From Arenicellales bacterium (GTDB lineage Bacteria > Pseudomonadota > Gammaproteobacteria > Arenicellales > JAJDZL01), in assembly GCA_965200425.1 (NCBI GenBank), contig CBDAUA010000001.1:304812-368811 (forward strand): 64,000 nt of DNA. The letters run 5' to 3'. Position numbers and translations under genes: made by a program. Shown here in pieces: positions 29,182 to 37,297 of this stretch (positions are counted from its first letter, which is position 1; each line of letters begins with the position of its first letter). A model generated the notes under the pieces. That model ran no database searches and was not told where the DNA came from. It was given only the letters and a program-made list of their open reading frames with translations.

Positions 29182-29200
29182 ATTGACTAATCGAGTCAAT
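29182..29200. promoter_or_regulatory. Palindrome ATTGACT-N5-AGTCAAT upstream of copy 4
   Basis: The arms are identical to the other copies, with spacer AATCG. Confidence 0.45.
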
Positions 29201-29284
29201 TTCTAAATTCTGTAAATTGTTGGTTCAATAGCATTAAATTAGAGTCAAACTTACGAATGAACAATTAGAACTCCAGAGCATGCA

Positions 29285-31384
29285 ATGAAAGCAAATGAAA
29301 CTAGTTTCCTTAATCTCCTAAAGCAGTCTCCTCAGTTCGTGGTTCCAATCTATCAACGAACCTATAGTTGGACGAAGCGAGAATGCGAGCAGTTATGGAA
29401 CGATATCCTACGCACCGGCAAAGACGATGACATCAAAGCTCACTTCACTGGCTCTATCGTCTACATCCAAGACGGGCTCTATAACGTAACGAATATGTCT
29501 CAATTGCTCGTCATCGACGGCCAACAACGCCTCACGACGATCATGCTCATCCTTGAAGCTTTGGCAAGACACATTGAAGGTAATGAGCCTAAGAAAGCGG
29601 TTAAGTTGCGCCGCTATTACCTCCTTAACGACTTGGAAGATGGAGAGAGTCGATTCAAACTGCTGTTGACAGAAACAGATAAGGAGAGCCTGCTTGCACT
29701 GTTGGAGCAAAAATCTCTGCCGGATAACCATTCCTACCGGATTAAAGAGAATTTCAGACTATTCAAGAATTGGGTAGGAAAACTCGATTCCACAAAAATT
29801 TCATCACTTCACAAAGGCCTAGAGAAACTTACGATCGTTGACATCTCGCTGGACCGAAGTCACGACAACCCACAGCTCATCTTCGAAAGCATGAATTCGA
29901 CTGGCCGTGATTTAAGCCAAGCTGACTTGATCCGCAATTTCGTTCTAATGGGACTGGAGCCAGAAAAACAAAAGAACCTCTACAAAGAACACTGGCGTCC
30001 AATGGAAAACACCTTCGGGCAGAAAGCCATAAACACTAATTTCGACAGTTACATGAGGTACTATTTGACATTCAGAACAGGTGTCCTTCCAAGAGTTAAG
30101 AAAGTATATGAGGCGTTTAAGGACTACGCTAACTCCTTTGAGAAGCTGAAAAACGATGTGGATGCCCTCGTCAAAGACATCCACACTTACGCGAACTACT
30201 ACTGCGCGATGGCTCTCGACCAGGAACATGACGACAAACTAGCTATAGTGTTTCGGGATCTCAGAGGACTGAAGGTGAACGCAAGCTTTCCCTTCCTGCT
30301 AAAGCTATACGGAGACTACAAGAACGAGCATCTCTCGAAAGAAGACTTTATCAAAGCTGTCAGATTGGTAGAAGCGTATGTTTTCCGACGAGCAGTGTGT
30401 GAAATCCCCACGACTACGATGCCCAAACTCTTCGAGAACATCGTGCGTACACTTAAAGAAAATTGCGACATTCAAAGCATAGAGTCACTATTTTTTGGAC
30501 TACGAACTTATAGACGCTTTCCCAGAGACGACGAATTCAAGAACGCGCTTCGTACGCGCGATCTTTACAATAACCCAAAACGCTGCAAATACTTGTTACA
30601 TCGTCTGGAGAATTACGAGCGTAAAGAACCAGTACCAGTACATGAGTACACTATCGAACACATCATGCCCCAAAACGAGAATCTGTCATCGCAGTGGCGT
30701 AAAGCCCTTGGCGAAGAGTGGGAAATGATTCAGAAGGATTATCTACATACTCTAGGTAACCTCACACTGACTGGCTACAATTCAGAGTACAGTGATCATT
30801 CCTTCTTGGAAAAGCGCGACATGGAAGGTGGATTCAAAGAGAGCCCATTGCGGTTGAATAAAGGGATCGGTAAACTTGACACTTGGAATGAAGAAACAAT
30901 TAAGCAACGCGCTGAAGAACTTGCGAATAAGGCTATGCAAGTCTGGAGACTACCGGCGGGGAACGTACTGGATGACAATGGCACCGAAGGCTCCAATGCC
31001 ATCTATGAAAATCGTTCCGTTGAAGACTACCGGTTTTTGGCTACCGGCAGTCCAACACGACTGTTGTTCGATGAGATTCAAAAAGCCGTATTGGCACTTG
31101 ACCCGGGCATTGACATGGTGTTACTAAAGACCCACGTTTCATTTAGAGCTGAGAGTAGTATTGTCGACGTAGTTGCACAAATGAATCGCCTACAGTTGTA
31201 TATTAACTTGCCGTTCCATGAACTAAATGACCCTCGAGGAATAACTTATGATGTAACAAATGTTGGTCACTGGGGTGTCGGAGATGTGCGCGTCAACCTC
31301 GATGATTTAGACGATATTCGCTACGTTATGAGTTTGGTGAGCCAAGCGTTTGAAAATCAAATAAGCGATGGGATTATTGAATAA
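29285..31384 (+). CDS. GmrSD-like type IV restriction nuclease paralog 4
   Basis: The ORF is 699 aa. The motifs are retained (VVPIYQRTYSW, VIDGQQRLT, TIEHIMPQN, LGNLTLTGYNSEYS). Confidence 0.85.
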   Translation: MKANETSFLNLLKQSPQFVVPIYQRTYSWTKRECEQLWNDILRTGKDDDIKAHFTGSIVYIQDGLYNVTNMSQLLVIDGQQRLTTIMLILEALARHIEGNEPKKAVKLRRYYLLNDLEDGESRFKLLLTETDKESLLALLEQKSLPDNHSYRIKENFRLFKNWVGKLDSTKISSLHKGLEKLTIVDISLDRSHDNPQLIFESMNSTGRDLSQADLIRNFVLMGLEPEKQKNLYKEHWRPMENTFGQKAINTNFDSYMRYYLTFRTGVLPRVKKVYEAFKDYANSFEKLKNDVDALVKDIHTYANYYCAMALDQEHDDKLAIVFRDLRGLKVNASFPFLLKLYGDYKNEHLSKEDFIKAVRLVEAYVFRRAVCEIPTTTMPKLFENIVRTLKENCDIQSIESLFFGLRTYRRFPRDDEFKNALRTRDLYNNPKRCKYLLHRLENYERKEPVPVHEYTIEHIMPQNENLSSQWRKALGEEWEMIQKDYLHTLGNLTLTGYNSEYSDHSFLEKRDMEGGFKESPLRLNKGIGKLDTWNEETIKQRAEELANKAMQVWRLPAGNVLDDNGTEGSNAIYENRSVEDYRFLATGSPTRLLFDEIQKAVLALDPGIDMVLLKTHVSFRAESSIVDVVAQMNRLQLYINLPFHELNDPRGITYDVTNVGHWGVGDVRVNLDDLDDIRYVMSLVSQAFENQISDGIIE

Positions 31385-31753
31385 TAAACTTTGACGAAAG
31401 AGCAAGGTTAAAACCCTCGACAAGAAAACGTAGGCTTTTCTGGCGTACGCAGCTCGAAAATTATTTCACATTGACACATCGATCAATTCGTCGAAGGCAG
31501 GTTTCCACTCCATTTCAACTCACACATAGATCGGGTCATTCGTACATTGCCTGATTTCGTAGGACCACTATCTTATGTCGGTGTGAAGTTAATAGAGCGG
31601 ATACGATTTAGAAATGTCCACTCGTACTCATGTGGCAACTTTATAGTCTCGTAACTAGCCCACCAATTTGCCATAAATCGCACGTTGTAAAGTAATTTAC
31701 TCCCTAAATTGAATTTGCCTCTGACTGCTATCGGGTGCAAAAATAGATTAATT
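31385..31753. repeat. ~370-bp conserved 3' tail, copy A (paralogous to 34053..34413)
   Basis: It can be aligned by eye to 34053..34413 with scattered substitutions and small indels. Only its first ~80 nt are present after copies 1-3. Confidence 0.9.
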
Positions 31754-31910
31754 TTTTGTTGAGACTTTGCAAGTGATATAAGTTCCAATAAAAATACGAT
31801 AGATAATAAATGAATCCAACTTACTTGAATATTTCGTGTGAGTTAGTCCTACCCTTAATATCCCGTTGTGTGAATCCCAAACGTTTCTCTAAGACTCAAA
31901 AATACATTGG
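31754..31910. repeat. Copy of the island's right-flank sequence (paralogous to 37298..37453)
   Basis: TTTTTGTTGAGACTTTGCAAGTGA...ACGATAGATAATAAATGAATCCAACTTACTTGAATATTTCGTGTGAGTTAGTC...CCCAAACGTTTCT aligns with TTTTTGGGACATTGCAAGTGA...ACGATAGAGAATAAATGAATCCAACTTACTTGGATATTTCGTGTGATTTAGTC...CCCAAACGTTTCT. Confidence 0.85.
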
Positions 31911-31952
31911 ATTCAAAATTACGAATGAACAATTAGAATTCCAGAGTAGGCC

Positions 31953-34052
31953 ATGAAAGCAAATGACGCTAGTTTCCTTAGTCTCCTGAAGCAATCTCTT
32001 CAGTTCGTGGTTCCAATCTATCAACGTGCCTATAGTTGGACGGAGCGGGAATGCGGGCAGTTGTGGGACGATATCCTACGCACCGGCAAAGACGATGACA
32101 TGAAATCTCACTTTATTGGCTCTATCGTCTACATCCAAGACGGGATCTATCGTGCAACAAAAATGTCACAATTGCTTGTAATTGACGGCCAACAACGCCT
32201 CACGACAATCATGCTCATCCTTGAAGCTTTGGCAAAACACATTGAAGGTAATGAGCCTAAGAAAGGGATTGAGCTGCGCCACGATTACCTACTTAACCAT
32301 TTGGAAGTTGGAGAGAGTCGATTCAAACTGCTGCTGACAGAAACAGACAAGGATAGCCTGCTTGCAATATTGGAGCAAAAATCTCTACCGGATAACCATT
32401 CCCACCGGATTAAAGAGAATTTCAAACTATTCAAGAAGTGGGTAGGCAAACTCGATTCCACAAAAATTTCATCACTTCACAATGGCCTAGAGAAACTTAC
32501 GATCGTTGACATCTCGCTGGACCGAAGTCACGACAACCCACAGCTCATCTTCGAAAGCATGAATTCGACTGGCCGTGATTTAAGCCAAGCTGACTTGATC
32601 CGCAATTTCGTTCTAATGGGACTGGAGCCAGAAAAACAAAAGAACCTCTACAAAGAACACTGGCGTCCGATGGAAAATGCCTTCGGGCAGAAGGCCATAA
32701 ATACTGATTTCGACAGTTACATGAGGTACTATTTGACGTTCAGAACAGGTGTTCTTCCAAGAGTTAAGAAAGTATACGAGGCATTTAAGGCCTACGCGAA
32801 TTTTTCTGGGAAGCTGAAAAATGATGTGGATGCCCTCGTCAAAGACATCCACACTTACGCGAACTACTACTGCGCGATGGCTCTCGACCAGGAACATGAC
32901 GACAAACTAGCTTTAGTGTTTCGGGATCTCAGAGGACTGAAGGTGAATGCAAGCTTTCCCTTCCTGCTAAAGCTATACGGAGACTACAAGAATGAGCATC
33001 TCTCGAAAGAAGACTTTATCAAAGCTGTGAGATTGGTAGAAGCATATGTTTTCCGACGAGCAGTGTGTGAATTCCCCACGAAATCGCTACCCAAAGTCTT
33101 CGAAAACATCGGGTATACACTCAAAGAAAATTGTGACATTCAAAGCATAGAAGAACTTTTTTTTGGACTAAGAACTTATAGACGATTTCCTAGAGACGAC
33201 GAATTCAAGAACGCGCTTCGTACGCGCGAGCTTTACAATAACCCAAAACGCTGTAAATACTTGTTACGTCGTCTAGAGAATTACGGGCGTAAAGAACCAG
33301 TACCAGTACACGAGTACACTATCGAACACATCATGCCTCAAAATGAGAATCTGTCATCGCAGTGGCGAAAAGCACTTGGCAAAGAGTGGGAAAAGATTCA
33401 GAAGGATTATCTACATACTCTAGGTAACCTCACACTGACCGGCTACAATTCAGAGTACAGTGATCATTTCTTCTTGGAAAAGCGCGACATGGAAGGTGGA
33501 TTCAAAGAGAGCCCATTACGGTTGAATAAAGGGCTCGGTAAACTTGACACTTGGAATGAAGAAACAATTAAGCAACGCGCTGAAGAACTTGCGAATAAGG
33601 CTGTGCAAGTCTGGAGACTACCGGCGGGGAACGTACTGGATGACAATGGTACCGAAGGCTCCAATGCCATCTATGAATATCGTGCCGTTGAAGATTACAA
33701 GTTTTTGGCTACCGGCAGTCCAACACGACTGTTATTCGATGAAATTCAAAAAGCCGTATTGGCACTTGACCCGGGAATTGACAGGAAGTTCCATACGCGC
33801 TACGTCTCATTTGATGCTGAAACTAGAATTGTAGACTTAGTTCCACTAAAGAAATGCCTACGATTGTATATTAACGTACCGTTCCATGAACTAAATGATC
33901 CTAGAGGAATAGGTATTGATGTGACAAATCGTCATACCTATGGTGTCGGAGATGTGCGCGTCAACCTCGATGATTTAGACGATGTTCGCTACGTTATGAG
34001 TTTGGTAAACCAAGCGTTTGAAAATCAAATTAGCGATGGAATTATTGAATAA
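31953..34052 (+). CDS. GmrSD-like type IV restriction nuclease paralog 5
   Basis: The ORF is 699 aa. The motifs are retained (VVPIYQRAYSW, VIDGQQRLT, TIEHIMPQN, LGNLTLTGYNSEYS). This copy lacks the upstream palindrome. Confidence 0.85.
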   Translation: MKANDASFLSLLKQSLQFVVPIYQRAYSWTERECGQLWDDILRTGKDDDMKSHFIGSIVYIQDGIYRATKMSQLLVIDGQQRLTTIMLILEALAKHIEGNEPKKGIELRHDYLLNHLEVGESRFKLLLTETDKDSLLAILEQKSLPDNHSHRIKENFKLFKKWVGKLDSTKISSLHNGLEKLTIVDISLDRSHDNPQLIFESMNSTGRDLSQADLIRNFVLMGLEPEKQKNLYKEHWRPMENAFGQKAINTDFDSYMRYYLTFRTGVLPRVKKVYEAFKAYANFSGKLKNDVDALVKDIHTYANYYCAMALDQEHDDKLALVFRDLRGLKVNASFPFLLKLYGDYKNEHLSKEDFIKAVRLVEAYVFRRAVCEFPTKSLPKVFENIGYTLKENCDIQSIEELFFGLRTYRRFPRDDEFKNALRTRELYNNPKRCKYLLRRLENYGRKEPVPVHEYTIEHIMPQNENLSSQWRKALGKEWEKIQKDYLHTLGNLTLTGYNSEYSDHFFLEKRDMEGGFKESPLRLNKGLGKLDTWNEETIKQRAEELANKAVQVWRLPAGNVLDDNGTEGSNAIYEYRAVEDYKFLATGSPTRLLFDEIQKAVLALDPGIDRKFHTRYVSFDAETRIVDLVPLKKCLRLYINVPFHELNDPRGIGIDVTNRHTYGVGDVRVNLDDLDDVRYVMSLVNQAFENQISDGIIE

Positions 34053-34413
34053 TAATCTTTGACGAAAGAGCAAGGTTAAAACTCTCGACAAGAAAACGTA
34101 GGCTTCTCTGGCGTACGCAGCTCGAAAATTATTTCACATCGATCAATTCGTGGAAGGTAGGCTTCAACTCCATTCGAATTTACAGATAGATCAGGTCATT
34201 CGTACATTGCCTGATCTCGTAGGACCACAAGCTTAAGTTGGAGCGGAGTAAATAGAGCGGATACGATTTAGGGATATCTACTCGAACTCATGTGGCAACT
34301 ATATAGTCTCGTACCTAGCCCACCAATTTGCCATAAATCGCATGTTGTAAAGTAATTTACTCCCTAAGTTCAATTTGCCTCTGACTGCTGTCCGGTGCAA
34401 AAATAAATTAATT
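34053..34413. repeat. ~360-bp conserved 3' tail, copy B
   Basis: It is paralogous to 31385..31753. The homology breaks at about 34414..34420, where the R-M/IS segment begins. Confidence 0.9.
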
Positions 34414-34787
34414 CTGGGGATGCGTCTATCTTAACAGGGTCGTTATTTTTCAATTCTTTTGGAGGCTTAGGTTTCATTAGTTCATCACCTTCACAAAAGT
34501 TAAGTTTTGAACTATCGTGCATTCTATTCAAAATTACCTGATGGCTAGTGAAGCAGCAGGTTGTTTCGTTGATTCTCTCGAATAACCCGATTCAATCGAC
34601 TCTGTTCAACTCTTGTTGGTGTTTGTTCACTAGGACTAATAGAAGAAGTTAGTTTAAGCATTGCTCTTGCCTTATATGGCATTCCCTCGTAATAAATTTA
34701 ATGGCAATTGGAAAAGAGTATCAATTTTAATAGAGCATCCTTAATATTTGAAAGAGTCGGTAAATTCGCCTTCTTGGTGTCTTTTGC

Positions 34788-35492
34788 TTATATTAGGGCA
34801 GCTTCACTTGAATCAACATTTAATTCAATCTCATCAGCAGTAAGATGATAATACCCACTTTGGAAATTCTGAATCGAAATTTTTCCTTTCTCTCCTGAAA
34901 TAGATTCGCTAGTTTGAACAAACGAACTCTCCCTACACTGAGCTTTTCTTGCAAATTCACTAGAAATTTTTTTGAAATCTTCAGGAGTATTAAATTTTAT
35001 TTCTATTAACCTAATTGCCGACATATGCGAGGACATTTCAACTCCGAGTTTACTTTCTAAATGAGCATAAGATTCAATCGCTTTGAATGCCAGTGATTTC
35101 CCCGTAATCTGCTCATAATTCCAATGTAATGCACTAGATCTGAATGAGATCAAACGGCTTAATTGATTAGAGAGATGATTCAAATCGAAAACTTGATTTG
35201 TAATCTTGCCTTCTCTGGAACTTACAGATGCATAATCATAGTAAGAAAGTATTACATACACTTCAAGAAGACTGATAAAGGAAACTGTATCCCACTGTAG
35301 CCAATCTCGGTCACCATTTTTACCTTCATCTTTTACGATTGGAATGATGGTAACTTTTCTAATACTTGAGTTTAGCGAATCGTAAACTCTGGCAAATGGG
35401 AACGACCTTGTTCTTTTTGGAGAAACCCACTTGCTTGCTGAAAACATTTGACTTTCTCCATCAGTAAATATGAAATTTGATTTGCCTTGCAT
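34788..35492 (-). CDS. Putative type II restriction endonuclease (assigned by position only)
   Basis: This 234-aa ORF lies 96 bp downstream of, and is co-oriented with, the DNA methyltransferase gene. I could not recognise a catalytic motif with confidence. Confidence 0.4.
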   Translation of the reverse strand: MQGKSNFIFTDGESQMFSASKWVSPKRTRSFPFARVYDSLNSSIRKVTIIPIVKDEGKNGDRDWLQWDTVSFISLLEVYVILSYYDYASVSSREGKITNQVFDLNHLSNQLSRLISFRSSALHWNYEQITGKSLAFKAIESYAHLESKLGVEMSSHMSAIRLIEIKFNTPEDFKKISSEFARKAQCRESSFVQTSESISGEKGKISIQNFQSGYYHLTADEIELNVDSSEAALI

Positions 35493-35588
35493 GTCTTGAA
35501 GATTTCTTATATCTACTTTCGGGGATATTTGAACGGCAAAGTGTAGGCGAATAGACTACTTTTTGTATTGACCCAAGAAGTTTTATTG

Positions 35589-36440
35589 TCATTTTTTGCT
35601 TACCTGCCTTTCAATCAATTCCAGTTGAACATCATCTTCAAGTAAATCAATATTCCTATTCAGTTTACCGAGCCCAAGTTCATTTACAATCGTCTCTTGC
35701 AACTCATACTTAATCTCTATTCCTATGCTGTTTCTGCCTAACTTACTTGCAACTTTCATAGTGGTACCACTTCCAGCAAAAGGATCTAAAACGGTTTCAC
35801 CCTTATATGAAAATAACGAAATTATTCGATAAGGTAATTCCTCTGGAAATGCAGCTATGCCTTTCTCAAATTTCGAATTGGGGATTACATTGGTCATTTC
35901 CCAGAGTGTCTTGTACCATCCATTTGCCTGAAATTCTTTCAATTCCACTTTGGAAGAATTTTTTTCATCAACGCTCTTGGATTTGTAGTTGAATCGGTTT
36001 TTTTGAAAAATTAATATGCTTTCTAGCAAGTTATCTGGATAAAAATACATCGGGTATGGATGCTGTAGCATTACTCCACTTCGACCCCTAATGCGCAAGT
36101 ACCCATCTGGTTTTTTCCAGATGATTCGATCTCTATACCTAAACCCAGCACCTTGAAATATCTTAGTAGCATCTGCTACGATCGGATATTTTTCTCCTTT
36201 CACCAGCATGTCATCTATATTTACAACAGCGACTCGTCCATCCTGTAAAACTCTGAATGTTTCTTTCGCAAAACTTTCTATCAACTCAAGATAAGATTCG
36301 TAACTTGAAAATAGCTCCTCGTAATCATACGGAGCATTGAAGTACGGTGGTGAAGTAAGCATGAGATGAACTGATTCATCTTCAATCTCAACCATAGAAG
36401 CACAATCACCAATTATTAGCTTGTGATGGGTAGATTTCAT
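35589..36440 (-). CDS. DNA methyltransferase, beta-class N4-cytosine / N6-adenine (N-4/N-6 DNA methylase family)
   Basis: Catalytic motif IV SPPY (LMLTSPPYFNAPYD) lies near the N-terminus. The AdoMet motif I (LDPFAGSGTTMKVA) lies near the C-terminus. This is the circular permutation typical of beta-class amino-methyltransferases. Confidence 0.85.
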   Translation of the reverse strand: MKSTHHKLIIGDCASMVEIEDESVHLMLTSPPYFNAPYDYEELFSSYESYLELIESFAKETFRVLQDGRVAVVNIDDMLVKGEKYPIVADATKIFQGAGFRYRDRIIWKKPDGYLRIRGRSGVMLQHPYPMYFYPDNLLESILIFQKNRFNYKSKSVDEKNSSKVELKEFQANGWYKTLWEMTNVIPNSKFEKGIAAFPEELPYRIISLFSYKGETVLDPFAGSGTTMKVASKLGRNSIGIEIKYELQETIVNELGLGKLNRNIDLLEDDVQLELIERQVSKK

Positions 36441-36575
36441 CTCAACAAAAGTATTTCATTATCGAATCTAGGTTCAGTGACAGTATTTGCTTGTTCTATT
36501 TGATCACGTGTGTCTTTCAGGGAAATCACAAAAAATCTTGTGTCGTATTTCTTTCGTGTTTGAGACAGAATACCT

Positions 36576-37192
36576 TCACTCTATAACTAATGTTTCATGC
36601 TTCGGTTGCTTTCCAACCGTGCTGGAAAAAACAGTTTTAATCTGCTCGATCGTTTCTATATGACGGAGATTGTGACTGCTCGCAAATTCGTTGATATAAC
36701 GATTGAGATGCTTGACACTCATTTTGTGATAAGTGCCTCTATAAGCTCTTTTGAGCATTGTCTTTGACGGATTCACCAACGGAGTGTTTGACCTAACTGG
36801 TGGTCATAGCCAGACAGTTTCTCGTAGGATTTGAATTCATCTGAGTTGGCAACAGAACATTCTGCTACGTAGTCTTGTATGAAACTATGCAGGGGATTAC
36901 GCTTGGTCTCCCTTTCTTTAGCACCAATAGCAGTAGTCTTACCAACACCGCCTCGACCAGCATTGAGTTTCTTATCCCAATGCTTGTTATTTTCAGTCCT
37001 ACTCATATAAGTTTCGTCAACTTCAACAGTTCCACTGAATTTACCATCGCTGTCATTCCAACGACTCTCATTGAACCACTGTTCAGTGAGTTCGTCATTG
37101 GGAAATCGCTGTAATAGTTCGATAAGACTGATGCTTTCTCGGTAGTATATTCCAGGTGCTTTGTTCGCGATTTGATATGTTCCAATCCTCAA
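36576..37192 (-). pseudogene. Decayed IS1595-family (ISXO2-like) transposase, split into two overlapping frames and internally deleted
   Basis: The 139-aa piece contains GTVEVDETYMS...GRGGVGKTTAIGAKERE and SDEFKSYEKLSGYDHQ. The 67-aa piece contains MLKRAYRGTYHKMSVKHLNRYINEFASSHN. These correspond to conserved IS1595 DDE-domain blocks (VEVDETY.GG, TD....Y, KR...GTYH.VS.KHL.RY..EF.FR.N). The Zn-ribbon and central parts are missing, and the combined length is far below the ~300 aa expected. Confidence 0.7.
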
Positions 37193-37297
37193 CTGATTGC
37201 ATGGGTAATTGTAACAGATTATCTATAATAAATCAATAAGTTAGTCGACTTATATTCCAATTTTAAGAAACAGGTATATAACTTACAATTCCTCTGA

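Larger units (their letters stand above)
22322..34413 (+). repeat. Head-to-tail array of five ~2.28-kb units (upstream region + GmrSD-like gene + conserved tail); the last junction is expanded
   Basis: The start codons are at 22429, 24717, 27004, 29285 and 31953, giving spacings of 2288, 2287, 2281 and 2668 bp. The spacers are 197, 196, 196 and 568 bp. Both coding and spacer sequences can be aligned by eye across all units. Confidence 0.95.

Noticed and set aside
31573-31788. A 71-aa minus-strand ORF in the copy 4 / copy 5 spacer
   Set aside because: The paralogous sequence after copy 5 has an in-frame stop early in the equivalent frame, so the ORF is not conserved.
23089-32897. Antisense ORFs of 94-97 aa recur at the same relative position in all five GmrSD-like copies (23089..23373, 25377..25670, 27664..27948, 29945..30229, 32613..32897), along with other recurring antisense or alternate-frame ORFs
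   Set aside because: Their conservation is explained by conservation of the sense-strand gene. Their sequences are low-complexity and show no recognisable domain. They cannot be completely excluded without ribosome profiling.
22429-34052. Regular ~2.3-kb periodicity that could be mistaken for a repeat array such as CRISPR or a satellite
   Set aside because: The period is a whole protein-coding gene plus its spacer. There are no short direct repeats interleaved with unique spacers and no cas genes.
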